Shown: positions 28,410-36,888 of the stretch, piece after piece
Layout of the letters: the number at the start of each line of letters is the position of its first letter
Numbering within the stretch: the first letter of the stretch is position 1
From: a virus
Strand: one strand, 5' to 3'
Virus record (IMG/VR): IMGVR_UViG_3300023176_005537
Span: 92,946-156,945 of that record
Length of the DNA stretch: 64,000 nt
Program-made: the position numbers and the translations under genes
Notes under the pieces: generated by a model
Seen by the model: the letters and a program-made list of their open reading frames with translations, nothing else
Database searches by the model: none
Told to the model about the DNA's origin: nothing

Positions 28410-28935
28410 AAAAAAACAACTCTTAAAAATCATCAAAGAAGAGCTTTTAAAAGAAAACATACAAGAACTTTTTGCAACAATAAGACAGCTTATCAATGCC
28501 GGCCAATATGACAGGGCATATGCTCAAATCATGGTGCAAATTGATGAAGACGATCCAAAGCACAAAATGGCAATTGATTATCTTGTTAGGCACAGTGGAG
28601 ATGATTCGTATGAAGATAAGCTAAATAGTTGGCCTGATAGCGATTTTAGAAAATTAATTGCATATGGCTTTCTGCAATACGATCATGATTTTGATGACTT
28701 TCTGTCGAACTATGTCCAAGGTATCTTCGAAAGTCCCGAAGATTATCTTAAATATAGGTGGGAAGAGTACACTTGGGACATGATTGAGGAGCTTCCACTT
28801 CCCTCCGACATAGAACGTTATATCGATATCGAAATCAATTGGGCTATGTGGGCAAGAGACAGTGAGCTTAATGGCGAGTTTGCATCTTGGGAGCTTGATG
28901 GCGTTCCCGGAGTTTTGATTATATCCCCAGCATAA
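28399..28935 (+). CDS. ArdA-like antirestriction protein with KIIKEE leader
   Basis: Start reassigned to ATG 28399 (AAGGAAG RBS). Acidic C-terminal region YVQGIFESPEDY...LPSDIERYIDIEINWAMWARD..LNGEF resembles ArdA C-terminal domains. Confidence 0.65.
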   Translation: MKIKKKQLLKIIKEELLKENIQELFATIRQLINAGQYDRAYAQIMVQIDEDDPKHKMAIDYLVRHSGDDSYEDKLNSWPDSDFRKLIAYGFLQYDHDFDDFLSNYVQGIFESPEDYLKYRWEEYTWDMIEELPLPSDIERYIDIEINWAMWARDSELNGEFASWELDGVPGVLIISPA

Positions 28936-28948
28936 GACAGGAGTAGAA

Positions 28949-29389
28949 ATGATTACCTTTAAACGCGTTTTAAGCACCATTCTAGCCACTTTCATCACAA
29001 TTTCGCCCTGCTATGCCAATAAGTCCACAAGGCTTCAAAAAGGGGCAAAAGCGCCCTTTTCTGGAACGCTCTTGGATGATGAAGCGGTAGCAAAGATTTT
29101 GGCAAAACAAGATTACTTGAAAAAAAGCTTGAAGTTGGATTGTTCTTACCAAAGACAAAAAGAAAAAGCAAAGCTTCAATTGAAGATTGATCAATGCAAA
29201 GTAGATTTCAAAATTGAGAAAGAATTGAGAAAAAACTTAAGAAAGATTGATCAAGAAGAGATTACAAGATTAAGAAAGATTGCAAAGCCGCAAAACAATT
29301 GGACACCTCTTTGGATCACAATTGGCTTTGTTGCAGGAGCAGGAACAACAATTTTAATTCTTTATGGAATACAAGGAATTCAAAAGTGA
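28949..29389 (+). CDS. Exported protein with signal peptide, coiled coil and C-terminal TM; possible spanin component
   Basis: N-terminal hydrophobic signal, APFSGTLL, C-terminal TM LWITIGFVAGAGTTILILY; AGGAG RBS. Confidence 0.45.
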   Translation: MITFKRVLSTILATFITISPCYANKSTRLQKGAKAPFSGTLLDDEAVAKILAKQDYLKKSLKLDCSYQRQKEKAKLQLKIDQCKVDFKIEKELRKNLRKIDQEEITRLRKIAKPQNNWTPLWITIGFVAGAGTTILILYGIQGIQK

Positions 29390-29841
29390 AGATCAAAAAA
29401 GAAACCATTTTCAAGATCATCAAAGAAGAGATTGAAAGAGAACTTTCAAAAGAAGAAAAGCACAAGATTGTTTCTTTTGATTTTGATGATACCTTGACCT
29501 TTGCTCCTTTTGATCCGGAAGAAGAACATTCTGTTTACAAAGGGCCTCATGAGGAAATGATGAAAAAGATTAGAGGCTATATCGAAGATCCAGAAGTTAC
29601 CGTTTATATTGTAACAAGCAGAAAGCAGGGCGGCATGGGACAAGTTAAAGGTTTTGTCGAAAAATATAAATTAAAAGTTGACGGCATTTATTGCACAGAC
29701 GGAGATTGGAAAGCCCCCACTTTGAAAGAATTGGGTGTAACTTTGCATCATGACGATGACAGTCAAGAAAATGAAAGAGCAGAAGCAGTAGGAATCCAGA
29801 CAGTTCCAAGTGATCCATATGGCGATTACGGCACATTTTAA
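29386..29841 (+). CDS. HAD-superfamily phosphatase with KIIKEE leader
   Basis: GTG start at 29386 (GTGA overlap, AAGGA RBS); motifs FDFDDTL, IVTSR, K, HHDDD. Confidence 0.8.
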   Translation: MKIKKETIFKIIKEEIERELSKEEKHKIVSFDFDDTLTFAPFDPEEEHSVYKGPHEEMMKKIRGYIEDPEVTVYIVTSRKQGGMGQVKGFVEKYKLKVDGIYCTDGDWKAPTLKELGVTLHHDDDSQENERAEAVGIQTVPSDPYGDYGTF

Positions 29842-29868
29842 AGCAACAGGCCAATGGAGAAGTTATAG

Positions 29869-30663
29869 ATGAAAAGTCATAATAGCAATATAAAAATTAA
29901 AAAGAATCTTCTCTTCAAAATTCTGAAAGAAGAGATCAAAAAAGAATTTTTGAAAGAAGGTATTTTAAGGATTCAAGATTATATTTCAAATGAAAATTTG
30001 AAATTGATTGAAGATACGTTTCGCAACCTTTTAAATACATATTTAACTTCCGATAGAGAAGAAAGCCTTTATTGGAATGTTGAGAAATTTGAATTTATAA
30101 ATGTTGCCGGAGAGGAGGAGGTTGTTGACTTGATGCTTTCCGTTGGTCGGCCACCAAGAGGAATGGAAGGGGCTGTTGCATATCTAGATGCTAGGCCCAG
30201 TATTGGCTATTACCACTTAGCAATGTGTGTGTTAAACAAGGAAGATTATGATATAGAGGACGGTATTGATACCATGATTAATCATGAATTAATTCACTTG
30301 ATAGATTCAAAATATTTTAAACGAAAAGACAGGAAAAAAGCTTACTTAGCTAGGCGAGAAGAAATTTTAGCTTTTTCTAGTCAGATATATAAACAGGTTG
30401 TTGACTTTTTAAATTCGGAAGATGAGCAGGACAAAGATTATTTGAATATTTTGCTTAATCTTTATAAAGATGGTGCGATAAAACAATTACAATTATTTAA
30501 AGCTATATTAAAGACTAGTCAACAGCTTGGAGCGATAGGCAAAGATCCCAGATTTATAAAATCTATAATGCATCAGCACACAATGAAAGATAAGCAACCT
30601 TATTTAAAACATCTTTACAAAAAATTGTGGCCATTGATTCAAAAGAAACTTCAGGAGGTTTAA
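29869..30663 (+). CDS. Zincin-like metallopeptidase with KILKEE leader
   Basis: INHELIHLID (HExxH) followed by Y...EEILAF. Confidence 0.65.
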   Translation: MKSHNSNIKIKKNLLFKILKEEIKKEFLKEGILRIQDYISNENLKLIEDTFRNLLNTYLTSDREESLYWNVEKFEFINVAGEEEVVDLMLSVGRPPRGMEGAVAYLDARPSIGYYHLAMCVLNKEDYDIEDGIDTMINHELIHLIDSKYFKRKDRKKAYLARREEILAFSSQIYKQVVDFLNSEDEQDKDYLNILLNLYKDGAIKQLQLFKAILKTSQQLGAIGKDPRFIKSIMHQHTMKDKQPYLKHLYKKLWPLIQKKLQEV

Positions 30664-31004
30664 TGAAAGATCAGAATTATGTTGTGAAAATGGAGAAAGC
30701 AATCTCCGAAAAGTGGGGTGCAGAGGCAATTCAAAACCCAAAAGCAGGATGGGATCAAGAAAAAGAAAAAGAATATCTTGAACAGTTGAAAGAAAAAGAA
30801 AGAAAAAAGAGAGATTTAGAGAAAAAAGCAAAACAAAATCTTTCAAAAGTGGCAAGAGCGTGTCCTATTTGTGAACAAGACAAGATTAGTTCAAGGCACG
30901 ATGTTTATTTCACAAAGTTTTCTTGTTGTTTTGATTGCTATGTGCAGTGGATTGAAGGTAGAGAGCAAAGATGGAAGGAAGGTTGGAGACCAGACAAAAA
31001 ATAG
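30663..31004 (+). CDS. Hypothetical Zn-binding protein
   Basis: Start reassigned to ATG 30663 (AGGAGG RBS, TAATG); CPIC...CCFDC. Confidence 0.6.
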   Translation: MKDQNYVVKMEKAISEKWGAEAIQNPKAGWDQEKEKEYLEQLKEKERKKRDLEKKAKQNLSKVARACPICEQDKISSRHDVYFTKFSCCFDCYVQWIEGREQRWKEGWRPDKK

Positions 31005-31022
31005 TCTTTTAACCTTCTAATT

Positions 31023-31031
31023 ACTATTTAT
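31023..31031 (+). promoter_or_regulatory. Putative late promoter (ACTATTTAT)
   Basis: Intergenic, ~33 nt before ATG 31064 at the start of the packaging/head operon. Confidence 0.65.
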
Positions 31032-31063
31032 TACAAACAAATTGTTTTATTGGAGATTTAAAT

Positions 31064-31576
31064 ATGTCAGAAATGTTAGCAGTAGTTAGAGGAATTTCCC
31101 AAGTATTGGCAAATACCTATCACGGCGCTTACGATCCTAGAACTGGTGAAAAAATTAAAGTGGGTTTGAAACGAGATGAAGAAGTTCCCCATACGGAGCA
31201 TCAACTTCTGGATGGCTTTAAAGTTCGTTTTCACGGAAACAAACTTGTTATCACTTATCAGGCCGATGTTGATCTGAAACATCTTCACAGGGTGGATTAT
31301 GAGCGAGAAGTAGAAGAGATTTATGCTAATATCGTCAAATATCTTCAAACAGAATACAAAAAACACACTGGTCGCTCCCTTCGTTTGACCGAAGAAGGCG
31401 AATGTGACATTCTTATGCAGTCGGTTTCTAGAAAAAGAAACTTTGTTCAGTGTGTCAAGCATTACAAGATTAACAATATCAAGGGAGAGCCTAACCCCTA
31501 CGATGATGGTGAAGATCTCGTAAGAGACGCAACCAAAAGATTTATCGCTATGGGTAAAAACAACACTCCGTTTTAA
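31064..31576 (+). CDS. Hypothetical protein upstream of terminase
   Basis: 170-aa ORF with GGAG RBS. Confidence 0.55.
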   Translation: MSEMLAVVRGISQVLANTYHGAYDPRTGEKIKVGLKRDEEVPHTEHQLLDGFKVRFHGNKLVITYQADVDLKHLHRVDYEREVEEIYANIVKYLQTEYKKHTGRSLRLTEEGECDILMQSVSRKRNFVQCVKHYKINNIKGEPNPYDDGEDLVRDATKRFIAMGKNNTPF

Positions 31577-31584
31577 GGATTGAA

Positions 31585-33183
31585 ATGTCTAAAAATGCTG
31601 CAAGAATTCCAAAGAAACAAATTAAAGCGGAAATCCTCAAATCAGGTAGAGATCCGGTTTATTTTATCAATAACTATGTAAAAACTGTCCACCCAGTTCG
31701 TGGAGCAGTCCCTTTCAAGACTTACCCTTTCCAAACAGAACTTTTAAAAGAATTTCAAAACAATCGCTACAATATCATCCTTAAAGCAAGGCAGTTGGGT
31801 ATCTCCACCTTGAGTGCGTCTTATATTCTTTGGATGATGTTGTTTTCTCAAAACAAAAACATTCTTGTTATTGCAACAAAGCTCCAAACAGCCGGGAACT
31901 TGGTTAGAAAAGTCAAACAAATGATGAACTCTCTCCCCAGTTGGATGAGGATTGCATCAATCAAGATTGATAACCGAACTTCTTTTGAACTTTCAAACGG
32001 TTCGCAAATCAAAGCATCTGCCACTTCCGCTGATGCAGGTCGTTCGGAAGCTCTTTCTCTTTTGGTTATTGATGAAGCTGCTCATATTGAGAACATGGAC
32101 GAGCTTTGGGCTGGTCTTTATCCCACAATTTCAACCGGTGGTCGTGTTATTGCACTTTCTTCTCCAATGGGCGTTGGGAACTGGTTTCACAAGATGTGCG
32201 TTGGAGCAGAAAACAGCGAAAATGACTTCTTTTTGACCACTTTACCTTGGGATGTTCACCCTGAAAGGGACGATAACTGGTTTAAAAAAGAAACAAACAA
32301 CCTCCCGCAAAGAAAGATTGCACAGGAATACCTTTGTTCATTCAACGCTTCCGGTGAAACTGTTGTTCACGCTGACGATCTTACTTTTTATGAGAAGAAA
32401 GTGGAGATCCCAAAGTACAAATCAGGGTTTGACAGAAACTATTGGATCTGGAAAGAAGCAGAAAAAGGCAAAAACTATCTTATTTCAGCAGACGTTGCTA
32501 GGGGTGACGGAAGAGACCATTCTGCTTTTCATGTTGTTGACGTTGAAGAGATGGATATCGTAGCAGAATATTGTGGAAAACCTTCAATTGACCTTTTTGC
32601 CACTTTTCTGCAAGATGTTGCTAGGGAATATGGAAATCCTCTTTTGGTTGTGGAAAACAACAACATTGGATACGCAGTTTTAGAGAAGCTAATCGAAGCA
32701 GGGTATCCAAATCTTTACTTTTCCATCAAAGGTTCGGGTGAATACATTGATTCTTTTGCTGCCGAGACAAGAACTGGGTCTGTTCCCGGCTTTTCAACAT
32801 CTCACAAGACCAGACCCCTGATCATTGCAAAGTTGGAAGAATTCATCAGAAATAAACTACTTAATATCAAATCAAACCGCCTTATACAAGAGTTAAGAAC
32901 GTTTGTTTGGAACAATGGCCGACCAGAAGCAATGAAAGGTTACAATGATGACCTTACAATGTCTTTGGCGATTGCTTGCTGGGTTAGAGACACCGCCATT
33001 GTCCAAGGAAGAAGGAACGATGACTTTAAAAGAGCCTTGATTGGTGGAATTATGTCAACAAGATCTGGATTGGATGTTAGAGTTCCGGGTCAAAGAGATT
33101 ACAATAGAAACGCAGATCTGCAAAGAAAAGCAAGACAAGCTGCGAAACAACAAGAACAATTCAGTTGGGTATACAAAGGATAA
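31585..33183 (+). CDS. Terminase large subunit (T4 gp17-like)
   Basis: YPFQ; KARQLGIST Walker A; LVIDEAA Walker B; LSSPMG; nuclease ADVARG, VENN, NDDLTMS. Confidence 0.95.
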   Translation: MSKNAARIPKKQIKAEILKSGRDPVYFINNYVKTVHPVRGAVPFKTYPFQTELLKEFQNNRYNIILKARQLGISTLSASYILWMMLFSQNKNILVIATKLQTAGNLVRKVKQMMNSLPSWMRIASIKIDNRTSFELSNGSQIKASATSADAGRSEALSLLVIDEAAHIENMDELWAGLYPTISTGGRVIALSSPMGVGNWFHKMCVGAENSENDFFLTTLPWDVHPERDDNWFKKETNNLPQRKIAQEYLCSFNASGETVVHADDLTFYEKKVEIPKYKSGFDRNYWIWKEAEKGKNYLISADVARGDGRDHSAFHVVDVEEMDIVAEYCGKPSIDLFATFLQDVAREYGNPLLVVENNNIGYAVLEKLIEAGYPNLYFSIKGSGEYIDSFAAETRTGSVPGFSTSHKTRPLIIAKLEEFIRNKLLNIKSNRLIQELRTFVWNNGRPEAMKGYNDDLTMSLAIACWVRDTAIVQGRRNDDFKRALIGGIMSTRSGLDVRVPGQRDYNRNADLQRKARQAAKQQEQFSWVYKG

Positions 33184-33186
33184 AAA

Positions 33187-35154
33187 ATGGCTGCTCCGAA
33201 AAATGATAAAAGCAACAGAAACCCTAATTCTGGTCTTTTCCAAAGGCTGACTAGGCTTTTCTCTGGTCCGATTGTTAACTATCGCTCTCAAACATACAGA
33301 AAAGAGCGAAGAAGACAGATGGACAAGTATAACTTCACGTCTGCTTCTGGTAAGCAATTCAAAAAATCTATTCATGATCCATTTGCCAATACAACCTATA
33401 ATTATGTTGCGTCTCAAGGGCGAGCAGAAAGGTACGCAGACTTCGAGCAGATGGAGTATATGCCAGAGATCGCATCAGCAATTGACATTTATGCAGATGA
33501 AATGACAACCTCTACCTTCATCAACAATCTTTTGACAATTGACACCAGAAACCAAGAGATCAAGCACATTCTTGAAGAGCTTTACATGGACATCCTTAAC
33601 GTTGAGTTCAACCTTTTTGGATGGTGTCGCTCAATGTGTAAGTTTGGAGATTTCTTTCTTTACTTGGATATTGAAGAAGGAAAAGGAATTACAAATGCCA
33701 TTGGTCTTCCGACCCACGAGCTTGAAAGAATGGAAGGTTTGGACAAAACAAATCCAAACTATATCCAATATCAGTGGAACTCTGGTGGTCTAACTTTTGA
33801 GAACTGGCAAGTCGCTCATTTCCGTATCTTGGGGAATGACAAGTATTCTCCTTATGGAACTTCTGTTCTAGAGCCGGCAAGAAGGATTTGGCGGCAATTA
33901 ACTCTTATCGAGGACGCAATGATGGCTTATCGCATTGTTCGCTCTCCGGAAAGAAGGATTTTTAAGATTGAAGTTGGCAACATTCCTCCGCAGGAAGTGG
34001 AACAGTATGTCCAAAGGGTTATGACCCAGATGAAAAGAAATCAGGTTATCGATCCTGATACTGGCCGTGTTGATCTTCGCTACAACCCTCTTTCAGTTGA
34101 AGAAGATTACTTCCTTCCTGTTCGAAATGGAGTTGGCTCTGATATTTCTTCTTTGGCAGGTGGGCAGTTCACTGGTGATATTGATGATGTAAAGTATCTT
34201 CGTGCTAAATTATTTGCAGCACTCAAAGTTCCAGAGTCCTACCTTGCAGGTGGAGAAGCTGGCGGAGAAGTTGAAAAAGGTGCTCTAGCACAAAAGGACA
34301 TTCGCTTTGCAAGAACTATCCAAAGGCTGCAAAGATCGGTGATTTCCGAATTGGAAAAGATTGGGATCATCCATCTTCACACTTTGGGTTACAAAAACAA
34401 AGATCTTGTTTCTTTCAAGCTGCGTTTGAGCAACCCGTCTAGAATTGCAGAGCTTCAGGAGTTGGAATACTGGCGAACCAAGTTTGATATTGCTGCGTCT
34501 GCAACTGAAACTTACTTCTCTCGTCGTTGGATTGGTGAGAACATCTTCAATCTTTCCGAAGCAGATCAGTTAAGAAACGAAAGAGAGCAATTCTACGATC
34601 GCGTGTTTATCGCAGAGTTGGAAAAAGTCGCAGAAGTTGCAGAGAACGAAAGAGGTGGAATTGGAGGTGGTGGAGACGACCTAGCCGGAGATGCTACCGG
34701 AACAGATGCTGGTGATTTAGCTGGCGATCTAGACTTAGGCGGTGATACCGGTGGGGACACGGATCTAGACTTAGGCGGTGATACCGGTGGGGACACTGGT
34801 AGTGGAGGGGAAGAGCCTATGCTGCTAGCCACTCCGGGTAAAAGAGATGATGAAGAGTACAAATATGAAAAAGATGGAATGACAACAACCTCCAAATCAA
34901 AAGGAAAATGGTATAAACCAGTTGGTCATGACAAAAGAAAATCATTAGCCCCAAAGAAGAAAAGCTACAAAGCAAAGTATTCAGATCGTTCCGCTAGCCG
35001 TTCCAAAGAAAATGTTTTCCCAGACTTTAATTCATTTTTAAGATCTTCTAAGGGAATGTATGAGGAAAAAGGATCTAATTATTCAGATGTTATAAACAAT
35101 ACAAGAGAAGTGGACAGACTCTTGAAAGAACTGGAGAAGAAAGATGAAAACTAA
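33187..35154 (+). CDS. Portal protein (T4 gp20-like)
   Basis: YGTSVLE..RRIWRQL.LIEDAMMAYRIVRSPERRIF.IEVGN; EEDYFLP; DIDDVKYL..KLFAALKVP. Confidence 0.95.
   Translation: MAAPKNDKSNRNPNSGLFQRLTRLFSGPIVNYRSQTYRKERRRQMDKYNFTSASGKQFKKSIHDPFANTTYNYVASQGRAERYADFEQMEYMPEIASAIDIYADEMTTSTFINNLLTIDTRNQEIKHILEELYMDILNVEFNLFGWCRSMCKFGDFFLYLDIEEGKGITNAIGLPTHELERMEGLDKTNPNYIQYQWNSGGLTFENWQVAHFRILGNDKYSPYGTSVLEPARRIWRQLTLIEDAMMAYRIVRSPERRIFKIEVGNIPPQEVEQYVQRVMTQMKRNQVIDPDTGRVDLRYNPLSVEEDYFLPVRNGVGSDISSLAGGQFTGDIDDVKYLRAKLFAALKVPESYLAGGEAGGEVEKGALAQKDIRFARTIQRLQRSVISELEKIGIIHLHTLGYKNKDLVSFKLRLSNPSRIAELQELEYWRTKFDIAASATETYFSRRWIGENIFNLSEADQLRNEREQFYDRVFIAELEKVAEVAENERGGIGGGGDDLAGDATGTDAGDLAGDLDLGGDTGGDTDLDLGGDTGGDTGSGGEEPMLLATPGKRDDEEYKYEKDGMTTTSKSKGKWYKPVGHDKRKSLAPKKKSYKAKYSDRSASRSKENVFPDFNSFLRSSKGMYEEKGSNYSDVINNTREVDRLLKELEKKDEN
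34726..34796 (+). repeat. Tandem duplication, 36-nt period (DLDLGGDTGGDT x2), in the portal tail
   Basis: GATCTAGACTTAGGCGGTGATACCGGTGGGGACAC at 34726-34760 and 34762-34796. Confidence 0.95.
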
Positions 35155-35956
35155 AAAGCTCAAACATAATAAGAAAAGAAACACTGCTTTTCTTTATGAG
35201 TGTTTAGTAAGAGAAATGACAATCTCGGTATTAAACAAAGATAAAGAAAAGACCGCGAAGATTAAAGATTGTCTTAAGGAGTTTTTCAAAAAAGGAACCA
35301 ATCTGAATAGGCAGTTGGATACTTACAAGACCCTTTATAATACCACTAATTGTTCTTTGGATAATGCTCATCGTCTTCTTCATGAAGCAAAAGACAAAAA
35401 CTACAAGATTGATGAAAAAGAACTTTTCAACGAGCAGACAAGATTGATCAACTTTATGAACAAAGAGTTGGGTTCTGGTATTTTCAATTACTTTCTGCCC
35501 AATTACAAAACAATCGCTTCTATCTCACAGATCTTCAACAGAGACACTTCTGTTAAAAACAGAGTTATTCTTGAGAACGAAATTGTCAAAACAATGTTGA
35601 AGCCAGTTCAAGAAAAGAAAGAAGTTGTCACAGACAACCTTGTTTTTGATGTTTTTATGAAAAAGTTCAATGAGAAGTACGGAGAAGATCTTTTCGAAGA
35701 GCAGAAAGATCTGATCAAAAGGTACCTTTTCTCCCTAGATGGCTCCAATTCTGAAGTTGTTCTTTTCTTGGAACAAGAGATGGAAAAGATTGAAACCGAT
35801 CTCCGTTTGATGGAGGTAAAAGAAATCAATCCACAAGTTAAAGAAAAGATTTCTAAAGTAAAACAAACTCTCAAAGAAGCAGAACAGATTGACGACAAGA
35901 TGGTCCTTAAAATTCTTAAAATCCAGCAACTTATAAGAGAATTCAAGAATGTTTAA
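35144..35956 (+). CDS. Head-module hypothetical protein (possible prohead core component)
   Basis: KHNKKRNTAFLYECLVRE start; helical; lies between portal and protease. Confidence 0.55.
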   Translation: MKTKKLKHNKKRNTAFLYECLVREMTISVLNKDKEKTAKIKDCLKEFFKKGTNLNRQLDTYKTLYNTTNCSLDNAHRLLHEAKDKNYKIDEKELFNEQTRLINFMNKELGSGIFNYFLPNYKTIASISQIFNRDTSVKNRVILENEIVKTMLKPVQEKKEVVTDNLVFDVFMKKFNEKYGEDLFEEQKDLIKRYLFSLDGSNSEVVLFLEQEMEKIETDLRLMEVKEINPQVKEKISKVKQTLKEAEQIDDKMVLKILKIQQLIREFKNV

Positions 35957-36500
35957 GATTAAAATTCAACCTCCGGGTTATCACAAAGAGATTGAGATTG
36001 AATGCGTCAAAACCTTAAGTGGCGATCTAATGTTCAATAGTCACCCTGAATTTGATATTCATCTAGATGTTAAAAACAAAAAGATTGTCACTGTTGCAAA
36101 ACAAGAACATGGCTCGGATGCATACCCTATTCAGGATGAGTTCTTGGATTATATTTGCAAAAAAGGTGCAGCAGACTATACTTCTATCAAAGCAGGTTAT
36201 GTTCCAAACTCTTTGGGTGCAAAATTGTTAGAACCAAAAGATGATAGTTTAAACTCTTTCGATGTTGTTATTTTTCTAATCCACAAATATTTGAAAGAAA
36301 ACGAAAAGTATATTAATTTTATTGAAAACTTCGAAGATCAATATGAAGAAGATTTAACCAATCCAACACCGGAAGAATCTACAGAGCTTGGTGAAGTTCC
36401 ACACAAAGAAAGGCAAGGTTCAGTTCCTCCTAATAAGTATTATGGATATGGCTACGGATACAGGCCCTATGTCTATGAAGGTATTGAGAAGGATAATTGA
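35949..36500 (+). CDS. Head-module hypothetical protein
   Basis: 183 aa, acidic C-terminus STELGEVP. Confidence 0.5.
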   Translation: MFKIKIQPPGYHKEIEIECVKTLSGDLMFNSHPEFDIHLDVKNKKIVTVAKQEHGSDAYPIQDEFLDYICKKGAADYTSIKAGYVPNSLGAKLLEPKDDSLNSFDVVIFLIHKYLKENEKYINFIENFEDQYEEDLTNPTPEESTELGEVPHKERQGSVPPNKYYGYGYGYRPYVYEGIEKDN

Positions 36501-36784
36501 TGGATTTATTTTATTTTTTGTTAGTTGGTTTTGGAATGACACAAATTTTGGTTTATGGTTTTATTTTTGACAACATTCGTCCAAAGCATCATTTTTTTCA
36601 TTGTCCGATGTGTGTCGGCTTTTGGGTTGGGGTTTTTTTGTGTACAATAAATCCCTTTGTATCACTATTTAATTTTGATGTCACAATAACAAATTGCTTT
36701 TGTTTGGGTTGTTTGAATTCAGGCACGGCATATGTTTTGTGCAATCTTTTTGGAGACTCTGGAATAAGAGTAGAAAGGAGCTAA
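36500..36784 (+). CDS. Small membrane protein with CxxC (CPMCVGFW)
   Basis: Hydrophobic segments around HCPMCVGFWVG; ATG 36500 (TGATG coupling). Confidence 0.6.
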   Translation: MDLFYFLLVGFGMTQILVYGFIFDNIRPKHHFFHCPMCVGFWVGVFLCTINPFVSLFNFDVTITNCFCLGCLNSGTAYVLCNLFGDSGIRVERS

Positions 36785-36786
36785 CT

Positions 36787-36843
36787 ATGTGGATCGAAAA
36801 ATGGAAATTGCAACCAGTTCGCCGCTGCTGTAAAGGTAAGTAG
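36787..36843 (+). CDS. 18-aa peptide MWIEKWKLQPVRRCCKGK (below the ORF-track cutoff)
   Basis: Strong RBS AAAGGAG 6 nt upstream; fills the gap; TAG followed by a GC hairpin; in frame with the protease. Confidence 0.6.
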   Translation: MWIEKWKLQPVRRCCKGK

Positions 36844-36866
36844 CTCGCGCCGCTCGCGGCGGCTTT
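36842..36866 (+). other. GC-rich hairpin (weak terminator or recoding/regulatory element)
   Basis: CGCCG-CTCG-CGGCG stem-loop extended by AGC/GCT; only a short T run follows. Confidence 0.5.
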
Positions 36867-36888
36867 CAAAAGTAAAAGGACTTGTATA

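Noticed and set aside
31585-33183. Inteins or introns in terminase, primase, polymerase or RecA
   Set aside because: Lengths are normal or short, with no splice-junction or homing endonuclease motifs
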